Below, piece by piece: positions 57,389 through 64,000 of a stretch of DNA of 64,000 bases; the stretch's first letter is position 1; each line of letters begins with the position of its first letter. Below the pieces are notes generated by a model that searched no databases, was not told the DNA's origin, and was given only the letters and a program-made list of their open reading frames with translations. The stretch spans positions 13,082-77,081 of IMG/VR virus record IMGVR_UViG_3300028030_000009; one strand, 5' to 3'. Origin of the DNA: a virus. Position numbers and translations under genes: made by a program.

Positions 57389-57523
57389 GAGGCTATTATT
57401 TAGCCTCATATATATATGCCACGTTTTTTGCGATTTTTATCACCGCAATATTACGCAGCATACATACATGAGGCTAATTTCAGCCTCGTATATATATGCC
57501 GCATTTTTGTTAATTTTTATCAC
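57389..57523 (-). promoter_or_regulatory. Tandem ~55-bp duplicated element with GAGGCT-N-AGCCTC palindromes (candidate early promoters/operators)
   Basis: GAGGCTATTATTTAGCCTCATATATATATGCC...ATTTTTATCAC and GAGGCTAATTTCAGCCTCGTATATATATGCC...ATTTTTATCAC. Confidence 0.6.
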
Positions 57524-57610
57524 TAAATTTAAACTGTTTTTGTTGATAGTAATTTCTGGTAAAATGATGCCGTAGTTGTATGCAGTCAAAATATACACCA
57601 GGAGCAAGCA

Positions 57611-58066
57611 ATGACACAAAAAACTGCAGCATTTTTTAATGGCGACTATGCAGCTGACCCGCTTTCGGAGGCTGAAATTGACGCTATGTATTCAACAAAA
57701 AAAGACAGGACCAAGAGAGCTAGAGAACTCATTAATCATAATGCGTCTCTTCCTGAGCATTCAGCTTTGGTGTCAGCAGCAAAAGGTGGATTGCTAGGTG
57801 GTGGATTGGGTGGGCTGGCTGCTCTTGCTGCAACAAGAGACCCAATAGCTGCGGCTGCTATTGGAGGACTTGGTGCGCTTGTGTCAGGAGCGCTAGCAGG
57901 TGGCGCCAGGTCGTTAAGCAACACAGAGATACGCAAAGCTAAACAGTTGAAAAATGTTGACGACTCAACACTTGAGAGAATGGTTCTAGAGCGGGCATTA
58001 CAAGACAAGCTTAATAGGGAACATACTAGGCATGCTAGCCTTGTTGCAGCAGTTAGCAGGCAATAA
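57611..58066 (+). CDS. Glycine-zipper membrane/virion protein
   Basis: GGLLGGGLGGLAALAA...AAIGGLGALVSGALAGG; N-terminal QKTAA; TGGTAAAAT 57557-57565. Confidence 0.8.
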   Translation: MTQKTAAFFNGDYAADPLSEAEIDAMYSTKKDRTKRARELINHNASLPEHSALVSAAKGGLLGGGLGGLAALAATRDPIAAAAIGGLGALVSGALAGGARSLSNTEIRKAKQLKNVDDSTLERMVLERALQDKLNREHTRHASLVAAVSRQ

Positions 58067-58089
58067 ATCACAAAGAAAGGAAAAGATAG

Positions 58090-58641
58090 ATGAAAAAAAT
58101 AGCACTTGTAGTCGGACATAGACCATCTGCACCTGGAGCATATGGCGACATGGGCATCCCAGAGTTTAAATTTTGGAATGAGCTCGCACCTATTCTTAAA
58201 AACAGGATGGAAGCAACAGGAAGAGTTCAGTGTAGAATTTTTCACAGGCCAGAGATTCCAGGTGGATATGGCGCAAAGATGAAGGCTCTGCATAAAGAAA
58301 TTGACGAGTGGGGTGCAGATATAAGTATTTCTCTTCATTTTAACGCAGCAAGCAGCCCAATGGCTAATGGCCATGAGGTTCTGTATTGCGCATTTTCCAA
58401 TGGAGGAATGCTGTATGCAAAAATAATGGAGGATATTTTTACAAAAAGACTCCCGAATAAGCCTAGAGGCACAAAACCAAAGACCAAAAAAGAAAGAGGT
58501 GGTGGATTTTTGTGTAGAGGAAAGTCAAAGTGCATTCTAGTCGAGCCGTTCTTTGCATCAAACCAACACGACTATGTTGAAGGCGGTGCGCACAGAGAAG
58601 ACCTAATTTCCTGCTTCGAGGATTTTGCACAACTATGCTAG
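58090..58641 (+). CDS. N-acetylmuramoyl-L-alanine amidase (Amidase_3; probable endolysin)
   Basis: VVGH, E, ISLHFNA, GHEVL and ILVEPFF Zn/catalytic motifs. Confidence 0.92.
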   Translation: MKKIALVVGHRPSAPGAYGDMGIPEFKFWNELAPILKNRMEATGRVQCRIFHRPEIPGGYGAKMKALHKEIDEWGADISISLHFNAASSPMANGHEVLYCAFSNGGMLYAKIMEDIFTKRLPNKPRGTKPKTKKERGGGFLCRGKSKCILVEPFFASNQHDYVEGGAHREDLISCFEDFAQLC

Positions 58642-58664
58642 CCAGCTAAATAGCTTGCATAGGC

Positions 58665-58961
58665 TCAAGAGTCGCAAATGCGGCTCTTCATGTGAGAAAT
58701 CAGCATCATGAAATTATCAAAGTCGTATCGTGTGCACTTTTCTCTGGTTGAACGTTTAAAGTTCGTATGGAAGTCTATGTGGCATTTGCTACACAAACAC
58801 ACGCCATTGCTTGCATCAAACCTCTGCTCCTTGAAATAAGAGGCATGATTTATATGATGAGCAACTCTTCCTTTTATTGAATTGCACACAACACATCTTT
58901 TGTCCCTTCTTATTACGGCAGCCCTCCAAATTCTATATTCTCTTGTTTTTCTCCAGTCCAT
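58665..58961 (-). CDS. HNH endonuclease
   Basis: WRAAVIRRD..CVVC..AHHI..NGVCLCSKCHIDFH. Confidence 0.9.
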   Translation of the reverse strand: MDWRKTREYRIWRAAVIRRDKRCVVCNSIKGRVAHHINHASYFKEQRFDASNGVCLCSKCHIDFHTNFKRSTREKCTRYDFDNFMMLISHMKSRICDS

Positions 58962-59044
58962 TTTTTGTCCTTTACAGCTTGACTTTTATTTTTTTTCTGG
59001 TAAAATTCTCCGTGTTAGCTTGCTGTCTGTGCTATGCACAGAGC

Positions 59045-59121
59045 GTGGGTATAGCGCAGTCTGGTAGCGCACCTGGTTTGGGACCAGGTGGTCGCAGGTT
59101 CGAATCCTGCTGCCCGCACCA
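59045..59121 (+). tRNA. tRNA-Pro(TGG)
   Basis: Cloverleaf, CCTGG-TTTGGGA-CCAGG, CCA end. Confidence 0.95.
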
Positions 59122-59142
59122 TTCTAACAAAAAAAACACGAA

Positions 59143-59230
59143 AGCAGGTTGGCTGAGTGGTCGAAAGCGGCGGTCTTGAAAACCGTTGAGGGTAACACCT
59201 CCGTGGGTTCGAATCCCACACCTGCTGCCA
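59143..59230 (+). tRNA. tRNA-Ser(TGA)
   Basis: Long variable arm, anticodon loop CTTGAAA, GCCA end. Confidence 0.95.
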
Positions 59231-59248
59231 TTATGGACATAATCAAAG

Positions 59249-59512
59249 ATGATTGACAAAAAAGAAGTCGGCGAACTGATAGCATCATCAATATATGACT
59301 CTGACGATATAGACACAGCTCTTTTTCAACTTGAGACATCAACACCAGAAGAAAGAAAAAGACTAATTCCTGTTGTTGTTGAATTGATTCTTGAAGAAGC
59401 TCTGTTTGGAATACTTTCTGGGATATCAACCAAAGTAACCGATGAAGAGTTTGAAGAAATAAGACAGATGGTGCTTAAGTCTGTCGAGGATTCAATCGGT
59501 AATTTTTCATAG
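59249..59512 (+). CDS. Acidic hypothetical protein between tRNAs
   Basis: ORF track. Confidence 0.65.
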   Translation: MIDKKEVGELIASSIYDSDDIDTALFQLETSTPEERKRLIPVVVELILEEALFGILSGISTKVTDEEFEEIRQMVLKSVEDSIGNFS

Positions 59513-59515
59513 AAT

Positions 59516-59600
59516 GCGGAAGTGGTGGAATTGGTAGACACGCCAGCCTTAGGAGCTGGTGCACTAGTGCGTGAGAGTTCGAGTCTCTCCTTCCGCACCA
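59516..59600 (+). tRNA. tRNA-Leu(TAG)
   Basis: CCAGC-CTTAGGA-GCTGG, variable arm, ACCA end. Confidence 0.95.
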
Positions 59601-59753
59601 TTCATTAAGCGAGAACAAATGGTTGAAACAATAATGGTTTCACTACTGTTTGTGTCATTCCTTGCCGGATACATTGTTGGATGCGCTTCATGCAACAACT
59701 CCTCAAAAGAAAAACACGACGGCAAATACTGCGACACAACACCATACTTTTAG

Positions 59754-59830
59754 GCAGCCGTAGTTCAGATGGTTAGAACGCCTGCCTGTCACGCAGGAGG
59801 CCGTGGGTTCGAGTCCCATCGGCTGCGCCA
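59754..59830 (+). tRNA. tRNA-Asp(GTC)
   Basis: CCTGC-CTGTCAC-GCAGG, GCCA end. Confidence 0.95.
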
Positions 59831-59983
59831 TATAAAAAAGATAGAAGGAAATACAGATGGAATTCAATACTATGCTTTTGATGGTTAACATTGCTGGACT
59901 CCTCCTATTCTACGACACAAATTCAGATAATTGCTAATTTTTTAAGTATCACGTAAAGTTCTGTTTGGTATAGTTCAAGTTAT

Positions 59984-60060
59984 GCGCCCGTAGCTCAGCA
60001 GGATAGAGCATTCGCCTTCTAAGCGAACGGTCCCAAGTTCGAATCTTGGCGGGCGTACCA
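59984..60060 (+). tRNA. tRNA-Arg(TCT)
   Basis: TTCGC-CTTCTAA-GCGAA, ACCA end. Confidence 0.95.
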
Positions 60061-60061
60061 T

Positions 60062-60138
60062 GCCGGTGTAGCTCAGTTGGCCAGAGCAGCTGATTTGTAA
60101 TCAGCAGGTCGTCAGTTCGAATCTGACCATCGGCTCCA
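60062..60138 (+). tRNA. tRNA-Thr(TGT)
   Basis: GCTGA-TTTGTAA-TCAGC, CCA end. Confidence 0.95.
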
Positions 60139-60356
60139 TCTCAAAAAAGTCGTACAATACGCCAAAACCCCTTGCAAAACAAAAAAATATTCGCTACAAT
60201 TCAAACTGTCAGAGATGACATCGCTTTATGTCTTCCTATCATTTTATACTGATAGGCCACATATTGCGAGGCTACGAGGGGGAGAGCCGTTCTGGAGATA
60301 AGCGCCCAGAATCCGCCATGCTCATGGAGGCCCGCCTCAACAGCCGAATAATAAGC

Positions 60357-60431
60357 TGGGGTGTCGCCAAGCGGTAAGGCCGCAGGTTTTGGTCCTGCTA
60401 TTCGGGGGTTCGAGTCCCTCCACCCCATCCA
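60357..60431 (+). tRNA. tRNA-Gln(TTG)
   Basis: U1-A72, GCAGG-TTTTGGT-CCTGC, CCA end. Confidence 0.93.
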
Positions 60432-60432
60432 T

Positions 60433-60508
60433 TCCGGTGTAGCTCAGCTGGTAGAGCGAGCGGCTGTTAACCGCTATGTCGCAGGTTCGAGTCCTGCCAC
60501 CGGAGCCA
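60433..60508 (+). tRNA. tRNA-Asn(GTT)
   Basis: AGCGG-CTGTTAA-CCGCT, GCCA end. Confidence 0.95.
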
Positions 60509-60533
60509 CAAATACTTCAAAAAAGGGGAAATC

Positions 60534-60728
60534 ATGAAAAAAAAGTTCAAATCTCTGTGGAAAATTGATATTAGCTATGATGACGATAGTGGAGATACGG
60601 CATCAGCAACATTTATGGTAGTGGCGAGAACAATCGATAAGGCAATCAGCATTGCTAGGAAGAATTTTGGAAATGTGGATGTGGAGATTGTTTCCGTAGA
60701 AAAAACAAACTGCAACCTTTTGTACTGA
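60534..60728 (+). CDS. Small protein (VVARTIDKAI, DpnD-like)
   Basis: RBS AAGGGG. Confidence 0.65.
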   Translation: MKKKFKSLWKIDISYDDDSGDTASATFMVVARTIDKAISIARKNFGNVDVEIVSVEKTNCNLLY

Positions 60729-60736
60729 GCATAGAC

Positions 60737-60997
60737 ATGGAAAATTGCGAAATTGAGCAAGCAATTTTTAGGGAGATAGAAAAAGAGGTTGTCCGCATAA
60801 TCAGAGAGAAGCATATGGACTACATTGAGAAGGTAGTTGACGATAACATTGAGTATATCGTTGATGAGTTCTTTAGGAGTGCAAGAGAATACGGTCATGA
60901 GCAGATAGACGAGGTAATCGTTGACGCCATGAGAGAAAAAGTCAGCCAATATATGAAAGATGTTGAGCTGACAAAAAAATCAAGCAAGGTGAAGTGA
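60737..60997 (+). CDS. Hypothetical helical protein
   Basis: ORF track. Confidence 0.65.
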   Translation: MENCEIEQAIFREIEKEVVRIIREKHMDYIEKVVDDNIEYIVDEFFRSAREYGHEQIDEVIVDAMREKVSQYMKDVELTKKSSKVK

Positions 60998-61269
60998 TGA
61001 GATATATCGTTGCTGAAAAAATCCCAACAGAGGTTAAGATGCTCAGCGTAACAAAAAAGGAGCTTGAGGATATGCGAAACAAGTTTAGGTGCATATCCGT
61101 TTCCTTGCAAGACGAAAAGTGGCTGGCATCAGAAGAAGACGATGCACACGTTGGCTATCTTGCCGGAGAAATAGGAAGAATGCACCAAGACCAATATGCT
61201 GATGTTTGGTTTGTAAACAAAAACTATTTCAACAAAAACTATAGAATTGTAAAGGAGGAAGAAAAATGA
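60994..61269 (+). CDS. Hypothetical protein (DVWFVNKNYFNKNY)
   Basis: Coupled to the DUF2829 gene. Confidence 0.7.
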   Translation: MMRYIVAEKIPTEVKMLSVTKKELEDMRNKFRCISVSLQDEKWLASEEDDAHVGYLAGEIGRMHQDQYADVWFVNKNYFNKNYRIVKEEEK

Positions 61270-61556
61270 GTGCAGGAACTTTTGTAGGAGAAGGGTCTTT
61301 CGGATGGGCTCTCAAAATGCTTGAAAACGGCGAGAAGGTAGCAAGAGATGGGTGGAACGGGAAAGATATGTTTCTGTTTCTTGTTCCAGGTAGCAAATTT
61401 AAGGTAAACCGTCCACCGCTTCTAGGAATCTATCCAGAAGGAACGGAGATTGAGTATCATGCTCATATCGACATGAAGACAGCGCAAGGATATGTTGTTC
61501 CGTGGCTAGCGTCACAAGCAGATATTCTAGCAAAAGACTGGAAGGTGGTTAAGTAA
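61266..61556 (+). CDS. DUF2829 / Thoeris anti-defence Tad2-like protein
   Basis: FGWALKMLENGEKVARDGWNGKDMFLFLV...PWLASQADILAKDW. Confidence 0.85.
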   Translation: MSAGTFVGEGSFGWALKMLENGEKVARDGWNGKDMFLFLVPGSKFKVNRPPLLGIYPEGTEIEYHAHIDMKTAQGYVVPWLASQADILAKDWKVVK

Positions 61557-61777
61557 TGCACGGCATGTTCATGTTTGACATGAGCAGGTGTCATGGCATT
61601 GGGTGCGACAAATCAACAGAATGTGCACGCTATCTTGCTGTTGAGTTTGACAAAAAACACAAAGATGAGCTTCCAAATTATATGTCATACATCCAAGAAG
61701 CAAGCTGCATTCGAAACGGGTTCTCAGGTTTTGTAAAAGCAACAAAGCAAGAAAAAAAACTTGCTATGCAAGGATAA
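61556..61777 (+). CDS. Small Cys-rich protein, paralog of 29602-29793
   Basis: CHGIGCDKSTECARY...CIRNG. Confidence 0.7.
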   Translation: MHGMFMFDMSRCHGIGCDKSTECARYLAVEFDKKHKDELPNYMSYIQEASCIRNGFSGFVKATKQEKKLAMQG

Positions 61778-61815
61778 AAAAGCTTTGTATAAGGTACAAT
61801 TTTGTACCATTCTTT

Positions 61816-61883
61816 CTGCCAGTCGTCTAGCGGCCAAGGACACCTCAAACGAGGAAACGCATGTTCAAATCATGCCTGGCAAA
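61816..61883 (+). ncRNA. tRNA-Glu-like element with a truncated anticodon arm
   Basis: TGCCAG/CTGGCA acceptor, GTCTAGCGGCCAAGGAC D-arm, CCTC-AAAC-GAGG, GCATG-TTCAAAT-CATGC T-arm; no CCA. Confidence 0.65.
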
Positions 61884-61957
61884 ATCAGGGAAAGATTAGG
61901 CAGCAGGTGTTTCTAGAGCACCTATACAGCTGAACAGGTTCAACCCCTGCCTGATTA
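61883..61957 (+). ncRNA. Degenerate tRNA-like element with a CUA anticodon-type loop
   Basis: AATCAGG/CCTGATT stem; AGGTGT-TTCTAGA-GCACCT; CAGG-TTCAACC-CCTG; poor D-arm. Confidence 0.5.
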
Positions 61958-62077
61958 AAACTCCTGCAGAAGTGCAGGTCGCTCAAGGCAAGTCTAATAG
62001 GCGCTTGAGCCTTGAGAGTAGCACCGCTGCCTCTGTCTACCGAGCAATGAGCTCAGGTAGTCACGCACGGAATATTC

Positions 62078-62155
62078 GGGCACTTAGCTCAGTTGGTAGA
62101 GCTCCCCGCTCATAACGGGGCGGTCGGTTGGGTTCGAGTCCCCCAGTGCCCACCA
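62078..62155 (+). tRNA. tRNA-CAT (Ile2 or elongator Met); 2-nt bulge in the T-stem
   Basis: CCCCG-CTCATAA-CGGGG, ACCA end. Confidence 0.88.
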
Positions 62156-62160
62156 TATAT

Positions 62161-62236
62161 GGGGTTGTAGCTCAGTTGGGAGAGCGCTTGCCTTGCACGC
62201 ACGAGGTCACGGGTTCGAGCCCCGTCAACTCCACCA
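62161..62236 (+). tRNA. tRNA-Ala(TGC)
   Basis: G3:U70, loop CTTGCAC, ACCA end; one mismatch in the anticodon stem. Confidence 0.93.
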
Positions 62237-62356
62237 CTTACTCCTTCTTCTCTACTATATGAAACATCAACTACTTATGGTAAAATTTTCAAGACACAAA
62301 GTTATAGGCTCTAGTTGCGAGTCAACTTTTGTCTAAAACACAACAAAAGGACAAGT

Positions 62357-64000
62357 ATGGCCAGCTATACAGTTGATAATGGCGATACTCTCACTCTTGA
62401 TACTTCATTAAACGGACAAACGGTAGATAGCATCACTGTAAATGACGGTGTTTGTAACGTCGTAAACGACACAGATGATGGTCTTGTTCTGCAGATGGCA
62501 TCAGGCGGGACAATAACAGTGTCTTCGTTTGGTCAGTTTAATGTGCGTGGAAAGATGATTGAAATCGCTACGTCTGACGGCACAAGAGGTTTGTCGATTC
62601 AGCATTGGCAGACAGAGCATCCTGTGAATATCGTATGGGTTGAAACTGGAGAGAGTACAAACATATTCAAACCTTGGTACTGCATCAATCCCGGTGGCTC
62701 AACAACACTAGACTTCAATATGTTTGCTGACGACGAAAGAGTCGGCAGAGTGTTTAAATGGTCAGACGGGGCAATCCAATTCTCTCCTAATCAGGGTGAA
62801 GCATGCGTGCCTGCAAATGGTGCAAGAATAAAAGTTCCTAATATCATTTTCTCAACAGAAGCTCCCTTCACATCAACAGTTACCGCAAAGTTTGCATCTG
62901 GAAAAGGCGGATATCTGTCGATGAAAAATGTTTACTTCTCTGACTTTTCAGCATCATTGAGCGGGTTTGGACATATTGATACAGAGGGTGTCGGCTTCCA
63001 CGGGGCTGCGTATATCCTGTATTGCAACGACTTTAATCTTGTAGACACACACTCAGCGCTGAAAGATATGTATAGCTCGTCATTTGGACTAAACTATTCA
63101 TCAAATGGCCAGATGAGAAACTGTAGCGCAGCGTCAGCAAAGTCGTTTGGAATGTCACTAAGCTACCTAAGAAATGTTGATGTAGACGGCATTGACGGAT
63201 ATGTAATGAAAAGGGATGGGATTTATGACTACGCAGTCTATCTAAACACAGTCACCAATTCAAATATACAAAATGTAAAAAGCGTTGGTGGGTCTCTGGC
63301 TCTAAAGAACACTAGCAACTCACGCATCAGATTTGTTGAGTGTATAGACCATCCAAATATGGTCGAAGATACAGCTGTTGCTGTTCCAAACATCTTGATT
63401 GATAGTTCGTCTGATAACACTATTAGAGATATCACCATCCCCGATGGCGGTGGAGCTGCTGTTGCATACATCAAAATCCAGAACTCACCTGGAATCGATA
63501 TTGTTAAAGCTGACATTGAAAGCTCACATGGAAACAATGTTATAGCAGCAGATGTTTCGTTTGGAGTAAGATATTCAGAAATCAATTATGCTGGATACAG
63601 AGGTAGCGTGCCGTTCTTTATGCCCGCAAAGAACAACGGTGTCGTTATGCAACATATCACGACTCAAAACAGAACAGAGCTTAATATGGACGCACCTAAC
63701 CTTGTAATCAAAGGTGCTGATGCAACAGGAGTGTCTGTTGGTTCTGGAGCAGAAGGTTCTGGATTTGCACAAATCTACACCTCTGACACAGAAGGTAAGC
63801 TCGTGTTTGTCGCACAAAAGAACTCAGTAGAGTCTGGAATCTTCGACTCCATTGAGGGGACTGTAAAGTTCTCGTATGACGGAAGGGTGTATTTTAATTC
63901 CCTTGGTGACAGCGCAGTTCTTAAGACGCCATACAGAATCAAGGGTGTTACATTCAAAGATGTGCAGCCTGAAATATCTGGCTACGGCACCAGCGTGCTT
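62357..64000 (+). CDS. Partial large right-handed beta-helix protein (tail spike/fibre-like)
   Basis: Manual translation MASYTVDNGDTLTLD...CVPANGARIKVPNI..., beta-helix-like periodicity, open to the window end; RBS AAGGA; TGGTAAAAT 62278-62286. Confidence 0.8.
   Translation, partial: MASYTVDNGDTLTLDTSLNGQTVDSITVNDGVCNVVNDTDDGLVLQMASGGTITVSSFGQFNVRGKMIEIATSDGTRGLSIQHWQTEHPVNIVWVETGESTNIFKPWYCINPGGSTTLDFNMFADDERVGRVFKWSDGAIQFSPNQGEACVPANGARIKVPNIIFSTEAPFTSTVTAKFASGKGGYLSMKNVYFSDFSASLSGFGHIDTEGVGFHGAAYILYCNDFNLVDTHSALKDMYSSSFGLNYSSNGQMRNCSAASAKSFGMSLSYLRNVDVDGIDGYVMKRDGIYDYAVYLNTVTNSNIQNVKSVGGSLALKNTSNSRIRFVECIDHPNMVEDTAVAVPNILIDSSSDNTIRDITIPDGGGAAVAYIKIQNSPGIDIVKADIESSHGNNVIAADVSFGVRYSEINYAGYRGSVPFFMPAKNNGVVMQHITTQNRTELNMDAPNLVIKGADATGVSVGSGAEGSGFAQIYTSDTEGKLVFVAQKNSVESGIFDSIEGTVKFSYDGRVYFNSLGDSAVLKTPYRIKGVTFKDVQPEISGYGTSVL

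Noticed and set aside
1-64000. Stop-codon reassignment suggested by the CUA tRNA-like element
   Set aside because: Conserved genes are intact under code 11, and nrdB, dnaB and the amidase end at TAG at the expected positions.

Overview
This is 64 kb of a large dsDNA bacteriophage genome. The host is probably a Campylobacterota (Epsilonproteobacteria) species, inferred from the Campylobacter-type dimeric dUTPase, the SSB tail PEIDIDEEEIPF, TGnTATAAT extended -10 promoters and AAGGA RBSs. The left end (1-7.6 kb) holds mostly + strand genes, including probable virion proteins and a 0.9-kb non-coding locus. A ~50-kb minus-strand early/replication arm (7.6-57.3 kb) contains about 90 small ORFs plus ssb, an ExoX-like nuclease, a GNAT, dUTPase, a C5 DNA methyltransferase, thyX, dnaG, nrdAB, dnaB, a lambda-O-like initiator with internal iterons, a PD-(D/E)XK nuclease/annealase pair and an SLT enzyme. 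Three solitary + strand genes interrupt this arm. The right end holds an amidase, an HNH, 10 canonical tRNAs, two aberrant tRNA-like elements (one with a CUA loop), a Tad2-like protein and the start of a beta-helix tail protein. Most notable: (1) a promoter-driven structured ncRNA, a 90-nt G-free tract and a 36-bp-periodic CTAC-N5-GTAG palindrome array sit directly upstream of a solitary half-HsdS-like gene, and the repeat geometry matches a symmetric type I R-M site; (2) two unrelated genes have the same candidate -1 frameshift architecture (slippery heptamer, 6-nt spacer containing the stop, long-range GC stem); (3) a shared K-x-A motif occurs in scattered, probably virion-packaged proteins. 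All functional calls come from motif recognition by eye; no database search was run.
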